Below, piece by piece: positions 10,140-21,000 of a DNA stretch of 64,000 nucleotides (the stretch's first letter is position 1; the number at the start of each line of letters is the position of its first letter). This stretch comes from an uncultured Acidobacteriota bacterium. GTDB taxonomy: Bacteria; Acidobacteriota; Blastocatellia; RBC074. The stretch spans positions 64,001-128,000 of the forward strand of contig CAWCKY010000003.1 of the NCBI GenBank assembly GCA_963796275.1. Reading direction: 5' to 3'. A program made the position numbers and the translations under genes. The notes under the pieces were generated by a model that worked only from the letters and a program-made list of their open reading frames with translations, made no database searches and had not been told where the DNA came from.

Positions 10140-10987
10140 AAAAGGCATCTATGCTTCATCGGCTCATACCTGGGTTGTTCATCTGCATTCTGCTCATCCC
10201 TCACGAGGCGGCGTACGCGCAATGGACTGTCTACGATCCTGCTCAGTACGTGCTTCAAGTCGAAAAGAAAGTCGAAGAGGCGGCTCGGTGGATGGAGCAC
10301 TACCAGAAGTTAGTAGAGCAGCTCACAACACTGGGTGGAGTACTTAAAGCCGCCGATGATCTCGTCGCCAAGCAGAACAATGCAATCGCCACCATGAGCA
10401 ACATAGGAAGGACGGTCCGCGCTTCCTTCCAGTTAAAGGATCAGCTTGAAGCGATTGTTACCACGCGCCTGAACATGATCAAGCGGATCGACGAACGGCT
10501 TCGCAACGGTATCTTTGATCCGGAAGCCGATCTGCGAGACCTTGATGAGTATTTAAGAGAATCTATCGGCCGGAGCAGTCAAGATACGATCGCGAATCGC
10601 GAACGGCTTGTTCGGATGGACAACCAGATCGCGATGTGGCAACGCGAAATGAGTCTCAAGGAGCAGAAGAAAGCATGGGCAAAGGGGGAGCAGAAAATAA
10701 CGGCAGACTTACTTTACGTGGAGGAACGGAAGCCTGACGCGCAGAAATGTGCTTCGTGTATCGCCAGTCTCAAGGATGAACTGGCCAGTTACGAGATACT
10801 GATCGCACAGCTTGAGGTGGAGATATTAGATCTCCGATGCCAAATCGAGAATCGCATGAAGCAATACAACATTCGTATGGAGGAGCGCGTCAAGTTCGGG
10901 GAGCAGGTACAGTCGATGAATAAGGCATGGTCAGAATTCAATAATGCGCTCGACGAGCTTCAAAGGACGCTCAGCAAAGTCGACTAG
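10136..10987 (+). CDS. VirB5/TrbJ-like minor pilin
   Basis: Signal peptide AAYA-QWTVYDPA, typical of TrbJ/VirB5 N-termini; helical coiled coil; ATGA overlap with virB4. Confidence 0.7.
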   Translation: MKKASMLHRLIPGLFICILLIPHEAAYAQWTVYDPAQYVLQVEKKVEEAARWMEHYQKLVEQLTTLGGVLKAADDLVAKQNNAIATMSNIGRTVRASFQLKDQLEAIVTTRLNMIKRIDERLRNGIFDPEADLRDLDEYLRESIGRSSQDTIANRERLVRMDNQIAMWQREMSLKEQKKAWAKGEQKITADLLYVEERKPDAQKCASCIASLKDELASYEILIAQLEVEILDLRCQIENRMKQYNIRMEERVKFGEQVQSMNKAWSEFNNALDELQRTLSKVD

Positions 10988-11023
10988 AGCCTATCTATTA
11001 GAAGATAGGATCAAGGAGCAATC

Positions 11024-13009
11024 ATGCGTGCAAGCAAACTCAGGCGATCAACACTGTCCATCCTGCACATTACTGCGGTAATTGTTTGTGTGAGCCTGCC
11101 CATGCTCGCTCAGACGCCCACGCCTATACCGTCCCCCGCGCCTGCGAATCCTGCAGGTAGTGGCTTATCGGATATCTTCCGGGCGTTAATCGGCCATGCC
11201 GGCGCCCTCATACCGCTCCTACAAAACGAGATCGAAGGCCCTCTCATGCCGTGGTTGGAGAAAGTGTCCTGGACACTGGCTGCGCTCGTCATCATGTTCG
11301 GCTTCGCCAGGCTGTGGCGCGAAAACGCGGGAGCCGGTGTGGATGTTTTCTGGTGGTTCGGGAGAGTTGGGATCATCTTCGCGCTGATGGGAACCGGCCC
11401 GACCATCATCAACACGCTCGATACTATCGGCCAGGAGATCGCCTGGAGTGGAAGCAGCAGAAACGGCGATACCGCCGTTCTCCACAGATTCTACGACAAC
11501 CAGCGTAAAACCTTCGAAGAAGGCTACCGCAGATTCACCAAAGGGCATTTCACTGTTGAGCCAACTGGCGAAAATCTCAAACCGCCTCCGGGTGGAGAAG
11601 AGGCAGTTCTGGGAGTGCTCCTCGACGTGGTCTCTTCGCCTCAGGGGATCAATAACAAGTTCGAGAGCCTTTCGCACAATATGCCGTTCCTCTTTTCGTT
11701 GCTGAGCTTCGCGCGCGGGATAATCGCTTTCGGGGACCTGTGGCTTCTGTTGCTCGGGGGATTTCTGATGATCGCCGTCAGGCTTGCGGCGCCGGTGATG
11801 ATTGCCCTGGCGATCGATCGGAACCTGGCTCAGAAGATATCCTATCCATTTACCTGGGGCGTTATCGTTCTGACACTGGTGTGGCCGGTTGTCTCTCAAT
11901 TGATCAGGGGGCTCGCCTATATGGGAGGCAACCTCGCGATGAGTCTGAGTAGAAGTGATGCCGTCTATCAATGGAATCCGCAAACGATGCAGGAAATCAT
12001 GTCTTCTGGCGCAGAGCCTTATCACACTGTCATTTTGGCAGTCTTGATTATGGCCGTCGCCGGACTGTCACTGTGGGCTTCGCCGATGATCGCCTACAAA
12101 GTGGCGAGCGGCCAGATCTACGAAAGCGTATCGTCCACCATCTCGGGATGGATGGGGGCGATTGTCGGAGCTGGAGTTGAATTCTACAGCGCGTCAGCTG
12201 CGGCACAGATTACTAACATGGCCGATCAGATGCAGGCGCTGGGGGGATTTGGAGCCGAGATGATGCGCGCTGAAGCGGGGAAGGATGCGGGCAATCTGGG
12301 CATTCGCGCCAGGCAGAGTGAGAAACTCGCACAGCTCTTCGCGCAGCGGGACCAGCAGATCGGCCTCGCCAAGGCAGGGCGTGACTTCCAGAATAACGCC
12401 GCTTACCAGCAATACATGCACACCTATCGCACCATGATGGCGGGTCGCACTAAAGAGAACAATGACAATAGGGTCGCGGGCCATCAGCAACGGGAGATGC
12501 AAAAGTGGGGCGCGATCAGCGAGGCATTGACTATCGGTGGAAGAAACATGAGCCCCTTCGGCATGGGTGGGAACAAAATAGGAGATGGAGCCTTTATAGG
12601 CCTTACCATTCAACATGGCGGCAATTTCATCAGGTGGTTGGGTCAGGGACAGGCAGTTATCAAAGGCGCCGGAGGGCGCACCAAGAACATCGAAGAATAT
12701 TACAATGATCTGAATAAAAGCTGGGGTACCTACACCAAAAATATGTATGGTCTTCACGGCGATTTCGCAAACGCCCAGATCGATACTGCCAAAGCATATG
12801 CGAATCAAACTGCTGGCGGGGTCAACCAGGCTGCAGCGCTCGAGAGACAAGCAAACCTCTTCACCTACGAAGGCGCGGTCGGGGCGGCTAAGGAAGTGCG
12901 GGATGCATCGCTCCAGGCAGCCCAGTTGCGCGCAGTCGCAGCCCTGATGAGCGCTATGGGCCATAACATCGCGCGTAGTGCTGAGCAGGGCATGGCGCTG
13001 CGGTATTAA
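11024..13009 (+). CDS. VirB6/TrbL-like polytopic membrane protein with long C-terminal tail
   Basis: Signal peptide, several TM segments (..APVMIALAI..), Ala/Gly/Gln-rich tail; follows the virB5-like gene. Confidence 0.75.
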   Translation: MRASKLRRSTLSILHITAVIVCVSLPMLAQTPTPIPSPAPANPAGSGLSDIFRALIGHAGALIPLLQNEIEGPLMPWLEKVSWTLAALVIMFGFARLWRENAGAGVDVFWWFGRVGIIFALMGTGPTIINTLDTIGQEIAWSGSSRNGDTAVLHRFYDNQRKTFEEGYRRFTKGHFTVEPTGENLKPPPGGEEAVLGVLLDVVSSPQGINNKFESLSHNMPFLFSLLSFARGIIAFGDLWLLLLGGFLMIAVRLAAPVMIALAIDRNLAQKISYPFTWGVIVLTLVWPVVSQLIRGLAYMGGNLAMSLSRSDAVYQWNPQTMQEIMSSGAEPYHTVILAVLIMAVAGLSLWASPMIAYKVASGQIYESVSSTISGWMGAIVGAGVEFYSASAAAQITNMADQMQALGGFGAEMMRAEAGKDAGNLGIRARQSEKLAQLFAQRDQQIGLAKAGRDFQNNAAYQQYMHTYRTMMAGRTKENNDNRVAGHQQREMQKWGAISEALTIGGRNMSPFGMGGNKIGDGAFIGLTIQHGGNFIRWLGQGQAVIKGAGGRTKNIEEYYNDLNKSWGTYTKNMYGLHGDFANAQIDTAKAYANQTAGGVNQAAALERQANLFTYEGAVGAAKEVRDASLQAAQLRAVAALMSAMGHNIARSAEQGMALRY

Positions 13010-13155
13010 GAGTAGTTTTCAAAATGATAACGCTATTAGACCATCAAAGTCAGAATTGGGTGATATCCGCTTCCCTGGCGGAAGCGCTTGGGGGCTATTT
13101 GATAGTGATTGTGGGAGAGTGTTGCCAGGACCACTAGACCTAGGAGTGCAGGAAT

Positions 13156-13485
13156 ATGAGTGAGATCGATATAGATCGCATCAACACGGAAATTGAAGGA
13201 AAGATCAAAAGGTACGCCAGCAAGGTTGAGTTGGTTGATGATGAGGCGGTGCTGCGTGTAACCATCCCGGATGATGTCGTGTTGGACCGGGAATTCCATA
13301 TAAATTGGTGGCTTGATTTCATTGGTCAATCCGTATTTCAGTGGTGCGGCCGAACCTTCTACTGCTGTGATGTCGAGACGACAGAAGACGCGCACATTTG
13401 GATCTGCCACTTATCGGAGTTGCCTGACGATCCTCTTCTGCAAATGGCGCAGGAAATCAATGACGAAGCTGTTCCGCAATCCTGA
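13156..13485 (+). CDS. Small acidic hypothetical protein
   Basis: 109-aa ORF with AGGAG/AGGA RBS, between virB6-like and xis. Confidence 0.6.
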   Translation: MSEIDIDRINTEIEGKIKRYASKVELVDDEAVLRVTIPDDVVLDREFHINWWLDFIGQSVFQWCGRTFYCCDVETTEDAHIWICHLSELPDDPLLQMAQEINDEAVPQS

Positions 13486-13542
13486 GTCTATTGACCAATG
13501 ACTCACGATATAGAGCATAACCGAAACTGTAGGGGATAAACG

Positions 13543-13749
13543 ATGAATACGGAGACAGGCAAAACAACTCGATCATCCGTCACTCTGCCAAAATTTCTGA
13601 CGGTAGAAGAGGTGGCCGCGCTACTGCGCATCAAGGTCCGCACGGTCTATGAGATGGTCTCGCAAAATCGGATTCCGTTTCGCAAGGCCGGCCGCCGCAC
13701 GGTCTTCTTGCTCGAAGAGATTATGGAATGGACCTGCCGGCAAAAATGA
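13543..13749 (+). CDS. xis: Excisionase-family HTH protein (HTH_17)
   Basis: FLTVEEVAALLRIKVRTVYEMVSQNRIPFRKAGRR..F....I.EW signature, directly upstream of the integrase. Confidence 0.88.
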   Translation: MNTETGKTTRSSVTLPKFLTVEEVAALLRIKVRTVYEMVSQNRIPFRKAGRRTVFLLEEIMEWTCRQK

Positions 13750-13843
13750 TCTACTAGCCTTTCGAGAACTCGACCGAATGCCAATTATCGCGGTAATATA
13801 AAAACCGCTCTGACCCGTGGCTGCAACTCGGGAAGGGAGCAAC

Positions 13844-14929
13844 ATGGCAGTAAAAAAACGCGGAGGTCGTTGGCACTACGACTTCATGATCAAACATAAG
13901 CGCTATCGCGGAGTGGTTCCCGAAGCGCGAACCAAGGCTCAGGCCGAACAAGCCGAGACTCAGATTCGCCAGGATGTTTATGACTCGAAATATGGCAAGG
14001 CTATAGAGTCGCCAATCTTCGAAACCTTCGTCGAGGAGGTTTATCTCCCCTGGGCGAAGTTAAATAAACGCTCCTGGAGATCTGATGTCGAATACGTTGA
14101 AGTGCTCATCGGTGAGTTCGGAGATAAGAAACTAGATGAGATCACGCCGGCGATGATTGAGAAATTCAAGAGCAAGCGGCGTGAATCGATCACGCGGCGG
14201 GGCAAAAAACGCGCCCCGGCATCGGTCAATCGCGAGCTTGAGGCGCTCTCACGCATATACACTCTCGCAACCGATCAGGATCTGGCGGCAGTCAATCCCT
14301 GTCACAAGGTCAAAAAGCTGTTGATGGATAATGCGCGAACCCGCTACTTATCCGTTGAAGAAGAAGAGAGATTGTTGGAAGTGATGACAGGAAGGATCAC
14401 TCACCTGGGTCCAATCGTCATCATCGCGATCGACACGGGGCTGCGGCGTGGAGAATTGCTGAGTCTTGAAAAGGAACAGGTCGATTTTATCCTTAATGTG
14501 ATCAATGTGAAGAGAACAAAGAGTGGAAAAGGCAGAACCGTGCCAATGACTCCGAGAGTATCGGAGGAACTGAAGCGGCTCTGCGAAAACAGCGACAGTC
14601 GTTACCTTTTTGGCAACCCGGACACCGGCAAAGCGATCACTGACGTGAAGCATTCATTCACTTCAGCCGCCCGTGCTGCAGGTATCGAGGATTTCACTTT
14701 TCACGACTTGAGGCACACGTTTGGAACACGCCTCGCCGCATCCGGCGCGGACGTGGTCAAGATCAAGGAGTTGATGGGCCACTCTTCGATCACAACCACG
14801 ATGCGCTATATGCACGCGAGCGATTCCGGCAAGCATGAGGCCATCGCCAGAATGGCGGCGACCCACGCTCAAAAGAATTGTCACAAGATTGTCACAAAAG
14901 AAAAAAGGCAGGATGTTCAACCTGCCTAA
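13844..14929 (+). CDS. int: Tyrosine recombinase/phage-type integrase
   Basis: TGLRRGEL, TKSG, FHDLRHTF and LMGHSSITTTMRY catalytic motifs; N-terminal arm-binding-like domain; adjacent to a tRNA 3' end. Confidence 0.96.
   Translation: MAVKKRGGRWHYDFMIKHKRYRGVVPEARTKAQAEQAETQIRQDVYDSKYGKAIESPIFETFVEEVYLPWAKLNKRSWRSDVEYVEVLIGEFGDKKLDEITPAMIEKFKSKRRESITRRGKKRAPASVNRELEALSRIYTLATDQDLAAVNPCHKVKKLLMDNARTRYLSVEEEERLLEVMTGRITHLGPIVIIAIDTGLRRGELLSLEKEQVDFILNVINVKRTKSGKGRTVPMTPRVSEELKRLCENSDSRYLFGNPDTGKAITDVKHSFTSAARAAGIEDFTFHDLRHTFGTRLAASGADVVKIKELMGHSSITTTMRYMHASDSGKHEAIARMAATHAQKNCHKIVTKEKRQDVQPA
14877..14897 (+). repeat. ATTGTCACAA direct repeat x2; candidate integrase arm-type sites
   Basis: Exact 10-mers at 14877-14886 and 14888-14897, within the int 3' end and about 50 bp from the tRNA. 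Confidence 0.5.
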
Positions 14930-14945
14930 ACCATTGATTCTATTT

Positions 14946-15020
<75 letters not shown>

Positions 15021-15035
15021 TTTTTACGAACGCGA

Positions 15036-15065
15036 ATTGTGCCACCTCATTTACACCAATGTCAA
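15036..15065 (-). promoter_or_regulatory. Sigma70-type promoter of tRNA-Arg
   Basis: Minus strand TTGACA-N18-CACAAT with an extended TG, about 15 bp upstream of the tRNA. Confidence 0.6.
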
Positions 15066-15175
15066 CTAGGAGTTTACGCATGGCAAACATTGTGTTTATC
15101 TTGTGGCGTCTTCCGTCTTTCACTGCCTTCTATCTCCCATACCCATATTCATACCCATAAATTTTCAACTATTGC

Positions 15176-15391
15176 CTACTTTTGCGGTTTACTAGAATTT
15201 CGTTTGGATTTAGATTTCTTGCGGATCAGTAGAGCTTCAATTGCAAGCTCAACTATCTTTGATATCGGTTGCTCTCCTCTCTCCCATCTAGCAACCGTGT
15301 TTTTCGTGACTCCCAGTTCTTCAGCAAATTCAGTCTGGGTCATCTCTAGTTCTTGTCTGTGAGTTCTCAGTTGTTTTCCCTTCTCGTTCAT
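15176..15391 (-). CDS. XRE/Cro-family HTH regulator
   Basis: LRTHRQELEMTQTEFAEELGVTKNTVARWERG signature. Confidence 0.88.
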   Translation of the reverse strand: MNEKGKQLRTHRQELEMTQTEFAEELGVTKNTVARWERGEQPISKIVELAIEALLIRKKSKSKRNSSKPQK

Positions 15392-15450
15392 CAGATGGAT
15401 CTAAACCAATGAACGGTATACGTCAAGTACACTTTGAACTTGATTATTGA

Positions 15451-15467
15451 GTATACATTATGTATAC
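15451..15467. promoter_or_regulatory. Perfect palindrome GTATACAT-T-ATGTATAC; candidate XRE operator
   Basis: Lies between divergent genes; a related half-site CGGTATAC occurs near 15414. Confidence 0.5.
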
Positions 15468-15506
15468 CGCGTCTTGTCAACATCAATTACAGAGGAGCAA
15501 GAACCA

Positions 15507-15746
15507 ATGATCAGTTCAAAAAACAAACAATCGAGAATTGGAAGTCGCGAACCGTTCGGAAGAGTGACGAAGTTGGAGCAAATACCATCAGCGTTGTTTG
15601 AAGTCCTGCATCTGGCTAGGAAGATTAAGACGCCAGAGGGTAAACAGATCGCCACGATAATTGATGATATTATCACCGTTGCCCTGGCTGATTCTGAAGC
15701 CTGGATAAAACTAAAATTAGAATTCCCGCAAGTTGCTGATAAATAA
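15507..15746 (+). CDS. Hypothetical protein
   Basis: 79 aa with RBS AGAGGAG; divergent from the XRE gene; followed by a hairpin at 15765-15799. Confidence 0.55.
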   Translation: MISSKNKQSRIGSREPFGRVTKLEQIPSALFEVLHLARKIKTPEGKQIATIIDDIITVALADSEAWIKLKLEFPQVADK

Positions 15747-16036
15747 AGCGCTTCTGAATATCACGCCAATAGGCGCGAAATGAATTTCCGCCTATTGGCA
15801 AACTTGAATTATCCGCCTCGGCAATATTGATGTGAGATATGCAAGATGATGAGATCGATGATCCAGGTTACCGATCATCCTCGACTAAGGATTTGTATTT
15901 TCTGTGAAGAGTGGAGAGAAAAGAGCGAGTTCAATAGTACTGATTGCATCTGTCTGTATCCACTGTTCACACGATGATTGCGGTTATGGTTTAGAAAGTC
16001 CGTTCAAAGCTTAAACTGCTACATCTTGAAATGATC

Positions 16037-16077
16037 GATATGCGCGCTCGCGGATGTGCAGCGCGCATATCTGTTTT
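16037..16077 (+). terminator. Intrinsic terminator-like hairpin
   Basis: 12-bp stem GATATGCGCGCT/AGCGCGCATATC followed by TGTTTT. Confidence 0.5.
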
Positions 16078-16202
16078 ATGTAGAGGTGTATTCGTGTTTG
16101 ATGATGAAGTCTGGTGATCAGCGACAATTAGAAATCCCTGGGTGATTCGCTGGCCCTGAAAGTAAGATTTTTAATTGAGGCAATATGGAGTGGAAAAAGT
16201 AA

Positions 16203-16598
16203 TTGACGCTGAACACGTATTGTAAATTTGAACTTGAGAACCATAGAATGAACTACCATAACTCGTGCAAACAACTAGCAGATGACTTCACTAGTACAAT
16301 TCCATCTTCATTGGCTGACATCATTCGAAGAACCAAGAAGCGATGCGAGAAGGATTCTATAGAGTGGAAACTAGGAACAGATATTGAAGCAATGCGCCAT
16401 TTACTAGATTTGTATGAAGCGCAGTCTGGTATCGATCCTTTGACTAATCTCGAAATGAGCGTAGATATTGATGGTGAATTTAAGTTCCTGATGAAGCCAT
16501 CGTTAGATCGAATTGACAATAATCTAGGATACGAAGCTGGAAATATCAGGCTTACAAACAATCTGGTCGAATCTTCAGCGAAACCTCTTGAACGATGA
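16203..16598 (+). CDS. Phage-type HNH-like endonuclease fragment
   Basis: PSLDRIDNNLGYEAGNIRL motif, typical of phage HNH-related proteins; appears C-terminally truncated. Confidence 0.55.
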   Translation: MTLNTYCKFELENHRMNYHNSCKQLADDFTSTIPSSLADIIRRTKKRCEKDSIEWKLGTDIEAMRHLLDLYEAQSGIDPLTNLEMSVDIDGEFKFLMKPSLDRIDNNLGYEAGNIRLTNNLVESSAKPLER

Positions 16599-17453
16599 AC
16601 AATTTTATTTTCTATCAAAGCAGGTAGTGGATACGTTCGAGAAAAAGAATAAGCGAGACAAATCCAGAAAGAAGTGATGCGATGCTCTGGGCATATGCTC
16701 ACACGCCTAGAGCTTCGCAATGTAGCTTGTTAAGATTGTTCCTGGTCACTAACGCAATCCTAGCCAAAGAATGAAGGCTACGGCTCCAACCGTGATTCCA
16801 ATGATTTCTAGCTTATAAACGTTTTTCCAATTGAGTTTCATAAGCAACCTCGCAAGAAAAAGAAACTGTCTGCAATTCCCTAGCGATGACCGAGCAGATT
16901 GTAGTGGGTTTGGCTGGCAGGTGTCTAGAGCACGGAGGCAAATTCAAGGCTCTCGTCCGATACTCAAATTTCATGAAATTAGCCTGCTGGTGACGTTTTT
17001 CTGGTCTGGCACGAGTAAATCCATTCTCGACTATACCAGACTAATACAGAGCCTTATTTTCGATTAGTGCATGAAATTAATACAAAGGTACTTCAACAGC
17101 TACATAAATAGCGATAGCCGACAAGCGGAGTGCTGTCGGCTATCGTATATTGGAAGGTTATGGGCTAGTTGATAAACCTGGATTCAAGGTGATCATCTTG
17201 AATCTGCTGTTCTCTATTCTGCTCTGCTGCTAAAGCTTCATTGAACTGATATTCAGCAAGTTGATTCGCGATCTTTTTTGCCACCTCATTCACACCTATG
17301 TCAACCAATCATCTGCTATTCAAAAGGTCTATTCTCGATTGAGCCATCGGATGCTGCTTGTTGAGACGGTTTTGTACCGTTTTGTAATGTCAAAATCGAG
17401 GAAGAGCTTTCCGGATTTGGCGTTAATGCGAAATCCATGAGACAGTATCTTTT

Positions 17454-17933
17454 ATGAACGACGACCTCCAACACCTCAGGTATCTCACTCTAGGACACTA
17501 CATCGGCGCGGCAATCACGGCGCTATTCGCCTGCTTTCCCCTCATTCACTTCTCGATCGGACTGACAATGCTGCTCATGCCACCAGAGATGGTGGGCGTC
17601 GAGCCATTCCCGACGCGATGGTTGGGACTGATGTTCGCTTTGATTGGCGGCGCGGCCGTGTTATTCGGCTGGGCCTTTGCGGTGCTCATCTTCATAGCAG
17701 GGCGGTCGCTCGCGGCGCGTAAGCGATATATGTTCTGCTTCGTCATAGCGGCGCTCTGTTGCGCGTTCATCCCTTTAGGAACGGTGCTGGGAGTCTTTAC
17801 GATCCTGGTCTTGATGCGGCCCACGGTCAAAGCGATGTTCCAGGAACAGCCGGTTCTCGGCGTTCCGCCTGAGAGAGTTCCGCGGGCTGGGGCATGGCGT
17901 GATCAGGTGGTCGCTGATCGAAGCGACAGCTAA
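17454..17933 (+). CDS. Hypothetical membrane protein
   Basis: 159 aa with 3-4 hydrophobic segments (..PLGTVLGVFTILVL..). Confidence 0.8.
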   Translation: MNDDLQHLRYLTLGHYIGAAITALFACFPLIHFSIGLTMLLMPPEMVGVEPFPTRWLGLMFALIGGAAVLFGWAFAVLIFIAGRSLAARKRYMFCFVIAALCCAFIPLGTVLGVFTILVLMRPTVKAMFQEQPVLGVPPERVPRAGAWRDQVVADRSDS

Positions 17934-18091
17934 TCAGCCGACGTAAATCGATTGTCGCCGACTCGCAAGGGTGAATCTTCCGGTCTCTGTACCTGACGGC
18001 GAGCGCTTGGTTGAGCGTCAGGGCTAACGCGAGCTTCGCCTCACAGCGAAAGGGATGGTCTGCTTACGTAGCCCTGCTTTTTTCCACGGGG

Positions 18092-21000
18092 TCAGAAAAC
18101 TATCCGAGCCTCGAACTGCATATTGCGCGGGCCGAATCGTGCGCCCGTAATCCTCCCGAATTGCGCGTTGGTGACATCGGTCACCGGATTTCCACGGCCA
18201 GCGCGGTTGAACGCATTGAACATATCGATGCGGAATTCAAGCCGCGTTTCCTCGCTGAAAGAGAAGCTCTTCTTCACGCCGAAGTCTTCCGAATAAACGC
18301 CCGGGCCGAATATTCCCGGCATGCGGGGAGGCGCCGTGCCAAGCCGGAACGGCACGTTATCGTCCGTCACGGTAACCTTCTGGAATGCCCTGGGATCAGG
18401 TATAGCTGGCCGCTTCCGTCGGTCTTGACGTCGGCGTCGCCATTGACGATCACCGGAACACCTGAAATCCAGTCGGGCCGAATAGTCCCGTTGAAGAGTG
18501 CCGTACGTGGTCCGCTGGCGCTGATCGAAAGTATATCTCCTGATCGGTAGTTATGGATGCCGGTCAGCGTCCATCCTCCGATGACGTGCCCCAGCACTCT
18601 GCCCGGATTCCACTTGCGGCCTTTGCCGATCGGCAGATCAAGAACCCACGTCAGTTTAAAAATGTGCGGCATGCTGAAGCTGGTAATCGTTCGCTCGAGA
18701 TGCCGCTGGTTGACATCCTGTGAGGCGGCCGAATCGATCGCGCTGTCTGAACCCAAGAAGATCGCTTTCGACCAGGTGTAAGCGCCCATGATGGCCAGAC
18801 CGCGAGTCAGGTGACGCGTCATCTGGACCTGCAGCGAGTTATAGTTTGATGTTCCGAAATTGGCGAAGATCCGGCCGATGTTGCCGTACTGCGGATATGG
18901 CCGCAATGCCTGAGCTACTGTGCCCGTGAACCCCGGGTAGGGAAGTGGAACGAGCCCCGGATTGTCCGAAAGATTCTCGATCAGATCATCTCCGTATTTG
19001 AGGGCGTTTAAGGGCAACTGATTTAAATTATCCAGGCCGCCAATATCCAGACGAGTCCCCTTGTTGCCAATATAACTGACCTCCATGACTACCTCAGCCG
19101 GTAGCTGATACTGGAAGCCGAGATTGTAATTCTGCGTGTAGCCGACGCGGTTGGAATCGGGCGCTATGTACCCGATGCCCTGATTATTCGCCAGAGCCGG
19201 ATTCCTGTTGGGCAATGTGTCATTGAAAGGCGGGAAGGGACTCTGCAGATACATCACCGGTTCCTGTGGAAATCGCAGCGTGGCCGCGTTCGTAATCGAA
19301 TTGACCGCGATATTGCCGTTATAACCGAATGTCCCGGGTGTGCTGAAATTCGCGACAAACGGCGAGTTATTGATTCCATAGCCGCCTCGCACTACCAGCT
19401 TTTTATCGACCGCGTATGCAAATCCCACGCGCGGACTGATCATGTAATAGTAGGTGTCATGAAAACCTTTGCGCCCCAGCTCATCGGCAAAGACAAGAGC
19501 ACCCGGTCGATTGCCTGCGCCCGGGTTGGGCATGGTCAGGTCAATCCCGCTCTCGCGTCCCGCGACTTCGTTGAAGCCGCCGATGATCTCCCAACGCAGG
19601 CCGAGGTTCAGCGTCAGCTTCTGTGTTACCTTCCAGTCATCCATGAAATAGAATCCGGGCTGCGTAACGCGATAGCCAAAATTGGCGGCCGCTATCCCAC
19701 GACTGGCATCGTTGACCGCGCCCAGCAGGAAGCTCGCGAAAGAATGGCCCGTGCTGTCCGCAAATCCCGGTAATCCGGTCTGAATCGGGTTGAAATTGAA
19801 ATTTCCGGACCCCGACCTATTACGGATATTGTAGTAATACTTCCGCAGTTCAAATCCTGTCTTGAAATTGTGAGCGCCGCGGACGATTGTCAGGTCATCC
19901 ATGAAGATCGTGCTGCCATTGTAACTGCCGCCCGCATTGCCAGAGCCGAGCCTTCCGCCAGCTCCAATACCGCCGCCCTGATAGACTGGGCCACCGAAAA
20001 CCAGCGTCGGAAAGTGAGTCTGGTCGACGTTCTGCAGGCCGATCATCGAAGGCCAGTCCTGATCTACGAAGACGCTCTGGTTCAGATTACCGAAACGGTT
20101 GTAACCGATAGCCGCGTGGTTGATCACATTCGGACTGATCGTCCAGTCATAAGCGGCGCGGACCATGCGGCCCGGCGTGTATTGCAACTGATAAACACCG
20201 GTCGGCGTGTTCGGCGGTTCGCCCCAGCGCCCATTGGGCGAATTGTTGCGCAGCCGGTAGGTGTGATTGTAGTACGCCGAAATGCGGTGTTTCTCCGTAA
20301 ACTGATGTTCGACTTTAGCGGCATAGAGGCGCTGATCGAATACAGGGCAACACGTTGCGATCGACGGATAGTTGAGCTGCATCCGGCTGTTGATCGGATC
20401 GGTTATTGGTGCCAGATTGAGAATGTTGCGGCTCACCGCGCTCCATTCCGATTGCGGGATGATGTTACCCGGGAATGTATCGCGCACCCATTGACCGTTA
20501 GCCAATCGGGTGGCATTCCGCGGATCGTAGAGCTGACCGAATCTAACTTGCTGGCCCGATGGGTCAAGAGCCAGAGGCTGGTTTGGATTGCAGAAATTGT
20601 TATCTACATCTGCGACTCTCACCAGTTGGCCAGAGCATGGGTTCCCGGTGAAAGCCGGATCAAACAATTTGGAGAAATCACCGCGTTTGAAATCCGCGGT
20701 CGGCAGCGTAGTCAACCCGGTCGAGACGAAGTCGCGCACCCGCGTGATCTCCATATTCGTGAAGAAAAACGTTTTATTGCGCCCGTCGTACCCCAGCGGA
20801 CCGAAGACCTTCTTCGGCAGCCATACCGGGCCGCCGAGGCCGAAACCGTAATTTAAAAGCTTATATGGTGCTCGGGGTCTGATCTCATTGCCGGCGGAAT
20901 CTCTGCCGAAGGATTTATTGGTGAAGCTGTTGGCGCGCAGGATTTCATTCTGGATATAGGTAAACCCCGTCCCGTGCAGTTGATTGGTTCCCGACCTGAT

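Larger units (their letters stand above)
15040..17305. mobile_element. Degenerate phage-like islet flanked by a 27-bp direct repeat
   Basis: TGCCACCTCATTTACACCAATGTCAAC (15040-15066) versus TGCCACCTCATTCACACCTATGTCAAC (17279-17305), 25/27 identical. The AT-rich interior has an XRE gene and phage-type fragments. Confidence 0.6.

Noticed and set aside
13543-14929. Prophage interpretation of xis-int
   Set aside because: No capsid, terminase or tail genes; the adjacent genes are conjugation-type.
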